A stretch of DNA of 64,000 nucleotides from the human T2T-CHM13v2.0 reference genome, Homo sapiens, in NCBI RefSeq assembly GCF_009914755.1, contig NC_060934.1. One strand, 5' to 3'. Below are positions 24,666 to 39,679 of this stretch, one piece after another. The position numbers and the translations under genes are program-made. Position 1 is the first letter of the stretch, and every line of letters begins with the position of its first letter. The notes beneath the pieces were generated by a model. That model was given only the letters and a program-made list of their open reading frames with translations. It searched no databases and was not told the DNA's origin.

Positions 24666-26054
24666 TCCAAGACAACATGTTGGAATAATCTACTTTTTCC
24701 ATCACTATATATCTCATTTTCCTTCTTTTTCTTCTCCCTCAAACCTGTCCCCATTCCAACAGATGTTTTGGCCTGTGTTCCTAGCCTCCAGTGACAGCAG
24801 AAAGCCTGTTAGATTTCCTGCCTTTGTTTCCCAAAATTTGAGCCCCAAGAAACTGGGACAAGATATTTTCCTGAGACAAGATATCTCAGGAAGGGGAATG
24901 AGTGGAGCTTCTTTTCACCCCACACTAGAAAGCCATTCTGTTTAGAAAAAGGAGACGGAAGGGAAAGAAAAGGGTGCTATACCAGTTTTCCAGTATCACC
25001 GTCAGGGAGAAAGCAAGGCCGGAGAGTATCTGGGCAGATGTAACTATAAGCAGCCTAATAAAGGTTCCCAAGTCCAAACCATGAATCCAAACGGCAGAGC
25101 TGCCAGACATGAAAGGCCTTGCTGCCCTTCCACCCCACAATACTTCACCTCTGGAAGCCTTGACAATTCCAGGGAGTATTTGCAAAACCCTGCCCCCACC
25201 CAAAATTTTTAAAATACTGCATATGAGTGAGTAAAATGATGCCGAGATTTTTAAAAGGACAAGCTTACCATCAGATAGGTAGAATGAGTAGTAGTGGCAG
25301 CGGTGGTGGTAGTGATATAGAGATAAAAGAGTTAAGTGGAGTTACTGAAATGTGTAGTTATATTTCTCACACTCTGGTGTTTGTGGATTTGTGGGCTGAG
25401 ATTCTTATCAAATTCCGGAACTTGCAATGTCTCAAGGTAATTGTTTAAAATATTAATTGTTTTACTCACACTGCAAATGTTGATATAGATGCTGGGGTGG
25501 AGGTGGGGCAATAGGCCAGAATAAGCCCAAGAATACCTTGGAATTTGCTGAATTTCTTTCTTTTTGCATAATCTTATTCACACATTAACATAATATGAAC
25601 CACTCTGGCTCCATGAGCAGCACAGAAGAGACTTTCTGCAAATGTGATTATTAGGGCAAAAGTTAGGAGATTTTTTGCCCCCAGCTTTTCTCCTCTCCTA
25701 AAATCTTTTTTTTTTTTCATTTCTTTGTCAGTGTCTTTAATTTTTTTAGCTGCATTTAAAAGGCTTTCTATTATTTCTGCATGAGTAAGAGCATGTGTCA
25801 TGTCAGCCTCCTTGTCAGCTTCTGTTTCACTTTCATTAAATTTGTTGATTGAGTGTAAAGAAGGAGGCACTGTCATCATTTCCAGATTTCATAGCTGTAG
25901 GTTAGATCTCTCTCGGAGCAATGCCATGATTACTGCTGCAATTTTGTAATGGAGCCCTGGAGAGACAGGGATGAAACCAGGGAAGGCTCCTTATCCCTTT
26001 CGTGGGTCCAGGGAGGCAGAAAGAGAGGGGAGGAGGATGTTTCTGTTTCACCTC

Positions 26055-26215
26055 TATTCATTCATTCATTCATTTGCTTCACAAATATTGAGCACCTCCT
26101 GAGTGACAGACACTGATTTGGGTGCTGGAAAGCATAAGCAGCCCTGGTGCCTGTCCTCACAGAGCCTATGGTCTGCTGGTGAGACGGATTTAATCAGATA
26201 AACACACTAATGAAT
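26055..26215 (-). mobile_element. L2 3'-end fragment
   Basis: (ATTC)n followed by CAAATATTGAGCACCTCCTGAGTG...CTGTCCTCACAGAGCCTATGGTCT. Confidence 0.65.
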
Positions 26216-26454
26216 GTATAGTTGCACCAACAGATCCTCATTTAATTGAGCTGGACTAGGACCTAGGCATCAGTATTTTTTTTATAAGCTTCATAGGTAA
26301 CTCTGCCAGGCCTGGGAATCACTGGGCTAGACCATGCAAGTTCTAATCATATAGGCTCTACTCAAGCATTAAGCATTTTGATTTTATCTTTCAAGCTGTG
26401 GTGAAAACGTTACTGAAGAGAGGTGATATAGTAAGATGCTCACGGTTTTTAAAA

Positions 26455-28930
26455 TTAAGCTTTTTTATTTTGAAATAATTATAGACTCATATGCAGTTGT
26501 AAGAAATAATACAGGGGAATCCCATATATCCTTTATCCAGTTTCCCCAATGGTAACATCTTGCAAAACTATGGTACAATATCACAACCAGGATATTGACC
26601 TTGGTGCAGTCAAGATAAAGCATTTTCAACACCACATGAATCCCTCCTGTTGTCCTTGGATAGCCCTCCCCACTTTACTCCTGGTGACCACTAATATGTT
26701 CTCCATTTCTATAATCTTGTCTTTTCAACAGTTATATAAGTGGAATCATATAGTATAGAACCTCATGGGATTGGCTGTTTTCTCTCAGCATCATTTTCTG
26801 GACATTCATTCAGGTTGTTTCACGTGTCAATAGTTTGTTCCTTTTTAGAGGGCTGACTAGCGGTGTTCCATGTATAGGGGTGCCATAGTTTGTTTAACCA
26901 TTCACATGTTGAAGGACATCTGGGTCTGCTCCAATGTTCAGAGATTTTAAATAGAGCTGCTATACACATTTGTGTATAGGTTTTTGTGTGAACATGAAGT
27001 CTTTGTTTCTCTGGGATACATGCCCAAGTGTGCAATTGCTGAGTTATATGATAGTTGCATGTAGAAACTATCATGCATAAAGAAACTGTCAAACTATTTC
27101 CAGAGTATCTGCACCATTTTACATTCTCAACAGTAATGTACCAGTGATCCAGTTTCTCCTCATTCTCATCAGAATTTAATGTTGCCACTGTTTTTTATTT
27201 CAGCCATTCTGATAGGTATGTGGTAATTGCTTGTTGTGGTTTGCTTTGAGTTTCTCTAATGGCCAACGATGCTGAACATCTTTTCATGTGCTTAGTTGCC
27301 ATCTGTATATTACCTTTGGTGAAGTGTCTCTTCATGTCTTTGGCCTATTTTCTAATTGGATTATTAGCCTTAATGTTGAGTTTTGAGAGTTTACTTTTAT
27401 ATTCCAAATACTAGTCCCTTTTGTCAAATATGGGGTTTGCAATTTTTTTCCCACTCTCCAATTTGTTTTTTATCCTGTTTACAGGGTCTTTCACAGAGCA
27501 AAGTTTTTTAATTGTGATGCAGTCTAATTTATCAGCTTTTCCTTTTATGGACCATATTTTTGGTGTCGAGTCTAAGTCGTCTTTGCTGAGTCCTACATCA
27601 TGAAGATTTTTTCTTACTAAAATTTGATAGTTTTAAATGTTCTCTATTTAAGTCCGTGAGTTATTTTGAGTTAATTTTTGCATAAGGTATAAATCTTAGG
27701 TTGAGGCTCACTTTTTAATCTTAAGGATTGCTCAGCATCATTTATTGAAAAGGCTATCTTCCCTCCATTGAATTTCTTTTGTACCTGTGTCAAAACATCA
27801 GTTGCATATATTTGTGTGTATCAATTTCTGGGTCTTCTGTTCTGTTCAGTGGATCTATGTGTCTATTTCTCTGCCAATACCATATAGTTTTGACTATAGT
27901 AGCTGTATAATAAGTCTTGAAACCCTTGAAACCAGGTAAGACTGGTCCCTTTCATATTAGCCTTCCTTTTCAAAATTGTTTTAGCTATTCTAGTTCCTTT
28001 GCTTTTCTGTATACATTGTAGAATAGTGTTGTCTATATCTATTTTTAAAACTTGCTGGAATTTTTTTTTAAGAGACAGAGTCTTGCACTGTTGGCCAGGT
28101 TGGAGTACAGGGGTATGATCATAGCTCACTACAGCACCAAACTCCTGGGCTCTAGCAATCTTCCTGCCTCAGTCTCCCAAGTAGGTAGAACTACATGCAA
28201 CTGCCACTACAATCGTATTTAAAAGTAAAGTTAAAAAAATTTTTTTTGAGAGAAGATCTCACTCTGTTGACTAGTCTGGTCTTGAACACCTAGCCTCCAG
28301 CAATCCTCTTGCCTCCCAAAGCACTGGAATTGCAAGAGTGAGCTACCAGGCCCAACCAGTATGTTATGTGTGCAGTTTTTTGTAGATATTATTTATTATG
28401 TTGAGGAAACTCCCCTCTATTGCCATTTTTCTGATAGTTTTTAAGATCATTCATGGGTGTTGAAGTTTGTCAGAGTCTTTCTGTATCCATTGATTGTTAT
28501 GATCAAGAATTTTTTCTTTAGCCTGTTAATACGATGTATTAAATAGCTTCATTTTCAACTACTGAGCCAGCCTGAAATAAACCTCGCTTGGTCATGATAT
28601 ATTATTACATATGCTGCTGAATTCTATTTTCTCTTTTACTGGTCTTTTGGCTGGAGAGAGTAGGCTTTTGTTGGGGCTTTACTTGTACGTGCACATTGTT
28701 ATTTCTGGGTTGTCAGCCTCCTTCTCTCCAAGTCTGGGATATATGGGACAAAAACATAATCCAGGGAGCCCACCACCTTGTTAGACTTTGAGTCCCTAGA
28801 TCCCTAGGTGGTCTGGCTTCTTTTTTTCACCTTTGAAAATCTTATGTTTGTTTTATACATAATGTTGAGAGTTTTTCGTTGTTCTTAGTGGCAGAAGTAT
28901 AGAAAGATACTCCATCTTCTCAAAAATAGA
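26455..28930 (-). mobile_element. Old L1M (MB/MC-type) 3' portion, interrupted by a diverged AluJ-like element at ~28061-28357
   Basis: L1 3' UTR and ORF2 motifs in reverse; ORFs 26820-27188 and 27863-28129 give L1 ORF2-like peptides (IAALFKI..W..P.CPS..EW, KGTRIAKTILK). Confidence 0.8.
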
Positions 28931-29509
28931 AGTTCAGATTATGTTTTGAAAGGCACTGTAGGCAGGCCAGGGAAGGCTTGTAAAAGGCTACTGCACTGGT
29001 CCAGGTGAGGGGAGTTAGTCTGGTAGAAGGCTGTTTCTTCCACCATTCTCCCCTCACATTCCACTGCCCCATTTGCATGGAGCTGGGGTTCTACTACCCC
29101 AGTAGGGCAGCAAGAGAGAAGGAGCAGGCAATATCTTGGAGCATTACACCATGATAAAGGGACACCAATACCCTCCAGATGCTAGCTGTTTCTTTCTAGA
29201 GCTTTTAAACATTCTCCTTCAGCAGAAGAAATAAGTCACTCCTGAAAGCATCCTAACAATGTGCATTTCTCCAAAGTTTCCTTAACACTTCACATTTAAC
29301 ATGACTCCAGGTATAAGCAACATTAAACAAGTCATATCTTATGTTACAACTTGAGTGAAACTTTAATGATGCTGAATTTGCTAATTTGCTCTGGTATAAT
29401 GTATTTCCTGTTTATAATCCCTTTTGGCTAATAGCACTAATCAACAGAAAACACTGACAGACTGCACAATGGCAACAGTAATTCTGGACAGAGATAGTTT
29501 TATTATCTA

Positions 29510-29869
<360 letters not shown>

Positions 29870-31239
29870 TGTAGTAGATAAAGGTCATAATTTCTATGCA
29901 CCAAAGCTTTTATAGGAGGCCTGTATTTTAGCAATCAACCTGTCCTTATTCTGTTCAAATTCAAGGGCACTTGAATCACTTTAGATGGTGTCACCTACAT
30001 TGGGAAGCAATCACAGTATAGATATTTTTTCTTATTATGTTTGCAAAATAAACTTCACAAAATTGTCTAGCAACCTTGTGACCACTTGTTTTCTTTTATT
30101 GAACATAATAATCCTTTTAACACTTTAAGACTGCCATTTTCAAGAAAATAGCTATAAATTACATAATTGAATTTTATTTTTCTAAAAAATTGTACCACAC
30201 TTTAGGATGAACAGTTGACCAAAGAAGGGCCTCTTTGCCATGTCTCTGAAAACATCTTGTATGAATACAGCCATTCCTAATGCTCCAGTATCAATGTCTC
30301 TATAATACATTAGTGTAAAGGTACCTCTTGGCACCAGCATAAGAGGAGATTGGAAGCCCTTTCTGAGCCCTGACATCATCCAACTTGGAGATGGGCATTT
30401 TTTACCCATGCATCTCCTTGCTTTGCCATTTGGCATCCAGTCATTCAAAAACATCCGGTGACCATCTACTCTTGGCATAATTCCAGATGTGATCCTTGTA
30501 GTCACGTTAGACCTTTTATTCACTTTTATCCCTCAACCTCTAGATCTGTTACACATTGTAGCAAACTCTTGTAAAATATCTAATGAAAGAAAGAAAAAAA
30601 TTAAAGAATATTGAATAGCCAGGTAATATAATATAGAATCATGTATGTAGAAGTTTTATGATGTTAGGAAAAATTATTGGCCTTAAAAATTCGCCATTCA
30701 TTTTTCAAACAGTACATAGTGTGCACAAGGTTCTTTGTCCTCAAACTTTTGGCAATACCAAAAGAGGCCTTTAATCTTAACAATAAGTGAGACTTGGTAG
30801 AAATCCCTTCGAGCAATCAGTGCTTGTCAAAGTTTTGTTCAACAATCATCTGTATGAGAAGCATCTAGGAAATTATTTAGCAATGAGGCTATTTGGGCTG
30901 AAATCCTTAAATAAAGAAATAATTGTTTTAACCAGGGGCAAGTTATGAATAAAGTTGAGCCATAAATCAAAAGGATGTTAACTGAAAAAGAAGTCTCAAA
31001 GCAGATGGTGAGAAAGTGAAGACAGAGAGCCTCTGCCCCAGTTCAGGAGGAATATTCCGGACCAAACACACAAAGGAAGCAGGTAAAGAGTGACTTCACC
31101 CGAGAGAAAATACAAACCTTTTCATTAGGGGAGACACCAAGCAAGAATGCCACAGTGTTAACAAGGGGTGGATGTTAACAGGTAAAATAACACTTTCCCC
31201 CAGATGAGCAGCCTGAGTTGATCTGCAGTTACAAAATTG

Positions 31240-31880
31240 CAGCCAGGTGTGGTTGCTCACGCCTGTAATCCCTGCACTTGGGAGGTCAAGGCAGGAGGAT
31301 TGCTTGTGCCCAGGAATTTGAGGCCAGTCTGGGCAACATGGCAGAAACCCATCTCTACAAAAAGTACAAAAATTAGCCAGGTGTGGCATTTGCGCCTGTA
31401 GTCCCAGCTACTTGGGAGGCTGAGGTGGGAGGATTAATTGAGCCCGGGAGGTCAAGGCTGCAGTGAGCCATGATCGTGTCACTGTACTCCAGCCTGAGTG
31501 ACAGAGCAAGACCCTGTCTCCAACAAACAAACAAACAAAATAGACATCCAGCCAGGCACAGTGGCTCACACCTGTAATCCCAGCACTTTGGGCTGCCAAG
31601 TAGAGAGAATTGCGTCGTAGAGGGGAGGAATTGCTTGAGGCCAGGAGTTCGAGAACAGCCTGGGCAACATATGAAGGCCCCCGTCTCTACAAAAAATAAA
31701 AATAGCCAGACATGGTGGCATGCACCTGTCATCCTAGCTACTCAGGAAGTGGAGGTGGGAGGATCTCTTGAGCCCAGAAGTTGAAGGTTACAGTGAGCTA
31801 TGATCACACCACTGCACTCCAGTGTGGGCTACAGAGTAAGACCCTGCCTCTAAAAAAAAATAAATAAAATAAAATAAAAT
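31240..31880 (+). mobile_element. Two head-to-tail AluJ-like elements (31240-31541 and 31550-31880)
   Basis: Two full Alu dimers with J-type features. Confidence 0.9.
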
Positions 31881-31996
31881 GTAAATTAAAAGGAAAAAAG
31901 AGTAGACACCCTAAGCCCATGGGAAAAAATCTGGTATTGGAAACTGAGTGACAGACTCCTCACATTTAGGTAGAAAAATTGTTGAACTAAAATGTA

Positions 31997-32543
31997 CAGC
32001 AGGTCCTTGAATAATGTCATCGTTCAATGTCATTTCATTATAAGGTTGATAAGAAAAATATCCATTTTCAGCAAGCGCCACTGTCTGAGTGGAGTTTGCA
32101 CATTCTCCCCATGTCTATATCAGTTTCTTCCAGGTACTCCTGTTTCCTCCCATATCCCAAAGATGTGCCCATTAGGTTCATTGTTGTTTCCAAATGGTCC
32201 CAGTGTGAGTGTGGTTTTGTGTGAGCGCACCCTGTGATGGGCTGGTGTCCTGTCCAGGGATAGTTCCTCCTGCCTTGCACCCTGAGTGAGTTCTGGCCAC
32301 CTGAGACCCTGAACTAGAATAATGGGGTAAATAATCATCTTAGTTGTTTTTATTTATCTTTCTTAAATATATGTATAGCTCACATTTATTTCAATGTTTA
32401 ATATTAGAAGTGTTTTGGGGCTTAGGAACTTAACATTAGTTTATATCAATTAGCCTATGGTCAGATTGGTTTTGTTGTACATCATTTCACTTAAAGTTGC
32501 AGTTCCCAAGAACCTATTGAGGATGTTAAGTGAGGACTTGCTG
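31997..32543 (+). mobile_element. MER6/MER6A (TcMar-Tigger) DNA transposon
   Basis: TA-flanked imperfect TIRs CAGCAGGTCCT... and ...GAGGACTTGCTG; internal GTGGAGTTTGCACATTCTCCCCATGTCT...TTTCCTCCCATATCCCAAAGATGTG. Confidence 0.8.
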
Positions 32544-34912
32544 TATTCATAATGCCAATTTTCTTTCACTTAGGTACAATTTGGTCAGGTATTAGGATTT
32601 GCCTCCCAGGCACTGTAAGTTAGATGAAGAAGGCTATTCTAACTGGAACATATATCTGTTACATAAGTGATATAAACAAAAATTGAATCGTTATTAAGCA
32701 AAATTCCATTTTTAAATAAAATGCTCTAATGATTAATCACGTTTATTTTCTTCAGTTATCTACATTGAAAGAGCATCACATTGGCTAGGTCTAAATAACT
32801 GTAAAGCAGCAGTTTGCAACCCTGGCTATATATTAGAGCCATGAGGGAAATATAAAAAGTACTCATGCCAGCTTAAGAAACTCTCATTTCATCAACAAAG
32901 GAAGGTCCAGGTTTGGGTATTTATTTTCTAGAGGGATATCACCATTCACTGGCTAAGTGAAACAGAATTGTTAGGTTTAAGAGGAAATTATCAGCAGCTG
33001 TGAGGTTGCCACTAAACTTAGAAACCTGTAAACCTTTAAAGTTCACAACCTTGGCTTCTTCTTTCAATCAATTGGGAGCTTGTAAAAATCCCAACATCCA
33101 GGCTGCACCTTAAACCAATTAAAACCTTTGGAGGAGGAATTTAGGCATTAGTCTTAAAATCTTTGTAGCTGAAATTGAGAAACACAGCTAATGGGTGGCT
33201 TTACTTTTAGAGATGTCCTACAAGAATTAGAAGAGCAGATGTTCAGATCTTTGGTTCTCATGAACACTGATCAACCAAAAGATTTCTTTAAATTTTTTGC
33301 TGAGCCTCATTGATTCAGTTCTGTTAGCTGCCATTCTTCAGCTAAAGTTTGTGAAAAGATCCTGGTTACTTAAGGGTACAGGTCATTTCAATAACTATAA
33401 TTTGAGATAGTAACTATCTCTGGAGTCTCTGCTGCAAATTCATCAAGATTTGGTTGTGGCTAAGTTGTGAAGCACCATCATCTCAGCATTGACCCAAATT
33501 AGACCTTGGTAGGGAATTTTAAGACTATAATTTACTGCATCCTTGTGCAATTAAAGGATAGCACTCTCTATCTTATGAAATAGGCTGTAATGAATGGAAA
33601 GAGGTCTTATTTTAAACATATTGCTATATATATGACCTAATTAAATTTGCAAACAATTCGTTATTTTAAGGAACAACTAGCTATGTATAGCATTAAATCT
33701 ATTATAGAGTCTCCATTTTTTAAAAGAAATATTTCTTTGTAAATAAGTGAAATTTTCTAATAGTACCAAGCAATTTGCCACAGGCATTGTTCTGAGTTGC
33801 TTTTGTTCTTTTCAAAGCAGTCAATACATTAAAAACCCTGAAAATCATTTTAAACCCAATTTATTCAAATTCACTAGCAGGCCATAAATACAGCTTTTTC
33901 TGTGAACAATAATGAAAACAAAAGAGCACCCCATTAAGTGAAGCTATCCAATGAAAACTTGGATTTCAAACTCAGAGAAAGGAAAACAGGGATAGAAATG
34001 CACTCCACTTTAATGTTTACCTTTAACATGGATGAGGAAACTGGGAAGTAAATCTAGATGACTCTGTGGCTTCCACATCCTGTGGGAGCCAACCCAGGTG
34101 CTTTAAGTCTCTCTTTCAACCTGCTGTCCTTTCAGGAGCTGGTATCCTCCCCTCTCAAATCTTACCTTTAAAGATAAATTGATTAAGTACTGTTTATTTG
34201 TTCCTTAATAGGAAGTTCATTTTTTTGAATGAAACTCCTTCCAAGGATTTACATGTTAAGACTTATCTTTACTATTCTTATAATAATTGTTGTTGTTGTT
34301 TAAAAGGAGCTGTGATATCCTGAAGGAAGTGAAGTAACTTTGTATCAGTGGATTTTTCTGGACAACTGTACTCCCAGAGTTGTCCAGAAAAAAAATATAC
34401 ACTTTATATACACTTATATCTTAAAGAGAAATAAAAAACTATTCTTAAAATGGCTTGAAAATACCAGTTGAGGGAAAAATGAATTTAGAGTATTTTTTAA
34501 AGGCCTAAATAAAAAGAGACTGCCCAGACTACCTGCTGGAATGAACGACTCAGAAATAAAAGATCTGGGGGCTTTTAGAGGCAGCAACTATTACGAATTC
34601 ACAAGGGTAGTGAGAAATCTGTGGAGATGGTGGGACACAAATTAGACATTGATGGGATGGAAATTTTTCATTGTTAATTTTTCATTAACAATTCAAACTA
34701 TCTGCATATTTGGTTTCACACAAACTGAAATTCTAGATGATTGACTTATTACACCTATGACAAATCGGATTTTAGGTTTTTGTTGTTTTTGCTTTAAGAA
34801 GATGCAGTCTTGGAAAAAATGGAGAAAATAGTTCCTCAGAGACAGAGACTTATTGAAGTCAGGAGATAGGAAGTTAATTTTGAGTAGTTTCAATCCATTT
34901 AGACAAGACAAT

Positions 34913-35327
34913 CTACAATGGTTTGAATATTTGTCCCATCCAAAACTCATGTTGAAATTGAACCAACAATATGGCAGTATTGAGAAAGGGGCCTTTAAGA
35001 GGTGATGGGTTGTGAGGGGTCTACCATTAATGGATTAATGGCTTAATGGGTTTATGGACTATGGATGATCATGGAAGTGGGACTCGTGGCCTTATAAGAA
35101 GAGGAAGAGAGACCCAAGCTAGCACACTCAGCCCCCTTGCCATGTAATGCCCTTTGCCAAAGGGGGACTCTGCACAGAGTCCTCACCAGCAAGAAGGCCC
35201 TCACCAGTTGGTGTCCCTCAATCTTGGACTTCTCAGCCTCCGTAACTATAAGAAATAAATTCTTTTTCTTTATAAATTGCCCATTCTCAGCTATTCTGTT
35301 ATAAGCTACAGAAAATGAACTAAAACA
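34913..35327 (+). mobile_element. MST-family (ERVL-MaLR) solo LTR
   Basis: ATGGTTTGAATATTTGTCCCATCCAAAACTCATGTTGAAATT...CCAGCAAGAAGGCCCTCACCAG...AAATAAATT...GAACTAAAACA. Confidence 0.85.
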
Positions 35328-35481
35328 CTATCCTTTTAACCTGAGCTTTAATAAATGTTAACTCTTGCTGCCCTTTTCCTAACTTTGTACATGAATAACT
35401 TCTTTGTAATACCCCATAGCTTCTCTCCAGACTTGGCTTCTTCCAAGACTGCTGACCCCAGGATTTAAAAGCCTATCTTCA

Positions 35482-35784
<303 letters not shown>

Positions 35785-35967
35785 AGCCTATCTTATTCTC
35801 TTCTCCTTTCAGCATGGTCATTGCCTCTAATTCAGAGCCTCCTTTTTTACTCTTTGCAGTCTGGCAGCTGCCACTACCAACCTGATAACATTGCTCCCTG
35901 GAGGAGACGTTGAGGACCATTTCCCCAGAAATGTGAGCTAAAACCAAACTGCTAAAAGACATTTTTT

Positions 35968-36284
35968 GCTGGGTGTTGTGGCTCATTTCTGTAATCCCAG
36001 CACTTTGGGAAGCTGAGGCAGATGGATTGCTTGAGCCCAGGAGTTTGAAACCAGCCTGGGCAACATAGTAAGACCCTGTCTCTACTAAAAATAAAAATAA
36101 TAAAAAAGGACATTAGCTGGGTGTGGTAGTGTGCCCCTGGAGTCCCAGCTATTTGGGAGGCTGAGGTAGGAGGATTGTTTGGGCTTGGAGGGTGAGGCTG
36201 CAGTAAGCTATGATTGCACCACTGCACTCCAGCCTGGGCAGCAGAGTGAGACCCCATATCAAAAAATAAATAAATAAAAATAAA
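35968..36284 (+). mobile_element. Alu (AluJ-like) with TSD TAAAAGACATTTTT
   Basis: Full dimer flanked by a direct repeat. Confidence 0.9.
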
Positions 36285-36802
36285 AGACATTTTTAAGATA
36301 TGTAATGAAGGGAGATGGTTGGGGAGGAGAGGAAGACAAAAGATACAACTCCGGGGGATGGTGGAGGTTTACCAAGAGGAGAAACCAGCAAGACACACAG
36401 TGGGAACAACCATGAGGGAAGAGGTGACTGAGGGACTGTATTGTTACTGCAGCCTCGGAAGCAGCAAATATAAAAAAGTTACCCTTTCTGCCCCACCCAA
36501 GCTCAGAGCCTCCTCACTGATTTTCCTACTCCCAGGCCCTCCCAGTGCCACTGTGGTTCACACTGAGCACTGGTCCTGGGGTCCTAGCAGTCATCATTTT
36601 ACACAATTTGATCCTGTTCAGCTCTTCTGGTTTTGTCTCTCTTTCTTTCCTTCTTCTGAAAGTCTAGCTGGAGAAAATAACTCTCCATACCCCGGAACAC
36701 ACACCGCGTTTTCCCATCTTTAGCTCTCTGCTCACTAATGACTTCCCCTCTAATGTCCATCCCCATCATATCATCTCCACCCACCCAAGTCCTACCCATA
36801 AA

Positions 36803-37437
<635 letters not shown>

Positions 37438-38109
37438 TGAATAACCAAATGATGGCTCCAGTACAATCTTGATCACAGTCACACGGCCTCAATTCTCAGT
37501 ATGATCTGAAATCTGCCCATAGTGCTGCACTTTGAACAGATCAGCAGCACAGATTTTTCACTGATACCCACAGAAATTACCATAGTTTAGATTATCAGAT
37601 GTCTAAAGGAACATACGTCCTCATAGTTCCCACACCCACACACATTTTTTTGCACATACAGCAGTTATCAAAAAGTGCCCCAGACTTTTCTCCTGAGCTA
37701 CAAATATACAATGCCCTGCCTGCCCTCCTATCCTTAGCTCTATATTTTCAGTTCTTTCTCTCTCATTTATTGATTTTAACACCTTTCTTGCTCTGGTTTA
37801 TGTGATATTATCTTGTAGGGAATTAAGTAGATGCTTCCAATTAGATTCATTACAAGTTCCCTTAAGAAGCGATTAGGAAGGTAAGAGTCCCAAGCGGCTG
37901 GTTCCCTCAGTAATACCAGCAGCATTTTTAGGGTGCATGCCAATATCAGACCAGGTTTTAAGTGCCACATTACTCCTTTATCACCAAGGGATCCTTGGAA
38001 GCTTGCAAAACTGAGTGCAGCTGAGCATAAAGTAGTGTTTTATTGAATGCCTTATGTGGCAATTACAAAGAAAACAGAAATATGAATCCCTCATCAAAAG
38101 GCAGTTTAG

Positions 38110-38355
38110 GAGGGGTAGTCAATCAGTGCATGGACCCTGTAGTCTAATGGTACTGGCTTTAAATTCCAGTGCCAGCTATAGGATTTTGGAAAATTACTTA
38201 ACTTCTCTGAGCCTGTTTTCTCATCTGCTAAATGGGGGTAATGGTATAGTAATAGCGCTTTGGGGAGAATTAAATTAATTAAATTAAATTAAATTAATTC
38301 AGCACAATACTTGGTACATAGAGTTCAAATAAATGGCAGCTATTATCATTACCAT
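38110..38355 (+). mobile_element. MIR SINE containing an (ATTAA)n expansion at ~38269-38298
   Basis: TTACTTAACTTCTCTGAGCCTGTTTTCTCATCTG. Confidence 0.7.
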
Positions 38356-38597
38356 GAAAATTAAAATTCCAGTGAATCACATGACCTGCCTTCCATTTCC
38401 AAAACTACGACCTTTTAGTTGCTAAGTTATTTGTGAAGTCTATGGGCTTTAAGAAAGATGGCAAGAAGGGAAAGAGGGAAAAGGGAAGAAGTTTTCCTAT
38501 TTTCCATGGGTCAGGTTTTCATTGCTACTGAACTCTTTATACAAGCATAATAGAGATAATATTTTGAAAATATTAATAGTTTTCTTTCCCTTTAGAA

Positions 38598-38817
38598 AAC
38601 TGCAAACTCCACCTCCTGGGTTCAAGCAATTCTTCTGCCTCCAGAGTAGCTGGGATTGCGGCATGCACCACCACGCCCAGCTAATTTTTGTATTTTTAGT
38701 AGAGACAGGATTTTGCCATATTGGCCAGGCTGGTCTCAAACTCCTGGCCTCAAGTGATCTGCCCGCTTCGGCCTCCGTAAGTGCCGGGATTACAGTTGTG
38801 AGCCATCATGCCCAGCC
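38598..38817 (-). mobile_element. Alu (AluS-like), partial
   Basis: CTGCAAACTCCACCTCCTGGGTTCAAGC...GGGATTACAGTTGTGAGCCA. Confidence 0.85.
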
Positions 38818-39679
38818 ATTCTATCCCCTTCTTTATATCTGGTTCTACTATTCAACTAATATAGCCTAAATACCTCCTTATTGGGGATAGAGGAAAACCT
38901 GATATAGAAGCAGTTCTTCCTGTTGGCCTGGTGGATTGTGGGAAAAATAACAGAAGGCAAATTGTAGCAAAAGCAAGTGGGCAGACACTTGTGTCCTGGC
39001 TTGCCTCCTCCGGGCCACAGTCTGGAAGAGGAAAGAAGAGGATATGGTACATAAACTGGGGGAGAGCCAGATGCAAAAGCAGAGGGGGCTTGTGCCCCAG
39101 TCCTAGCTCAGAACTCTGAGAAGAGACTGTGGTGTAGAATGGCTTACACCAACCTGGTGCTACCACAGAACAAGGAAGGCGGCAGAGCGGCATGGTTCCA
39201 CAGAAAGAGGGCCTGTGTTCCCACTCCTAAACTTGCCTTTCCTCTTAAAAGGCATAGAAGGGCTCCAGAAGTTCCCAGACTCCCCCTGTAGAACCAGACA
39301 AGGTAGGTAACAGAATTGGCAGCTTCAGGACCTGCTATAATGGAGCCTCTGTAGTTAGGGGTGAGATAACACTAACGTCAAGGCCAGGGGCTAGAGAGAG
39401 GACCTGGCTGAACTCGGTGGCATCTGCAGTCCTGGCAAATGTAAGGTAGGGTGGGTCTAACTGAGCCTAGGAACAACACTGCACTTGGGGAAGACCACTG
39501 TAAGGCTGTGGGAACCTGACTGGATCAGCCACTTCAGAGCAGAGGCAGGAGATAGGATAGGCCCTGCACTCATATCAAGGCTCATCTCCCCCTACAGTGG
39601 GATCCACATGCCCAAACACCATCTGGTAGAGAAGTAGGGAATGAACAAAGGGGATATTGGAAAGATAGCTAATCTACCC

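Noticed and set aside
25574-25879. 101-aa minus-strand ORF as a coding exon or transposase remnant
   Set aside because: The Lys run comes from a poly-T tract and there is no convincing family motif; kept only as a motif cluster.
33404-33420. Palindrome GAGATAGT-A-ACTATCTC
   Set aside because: 8-bp arms are expected by chance in 64 kb.
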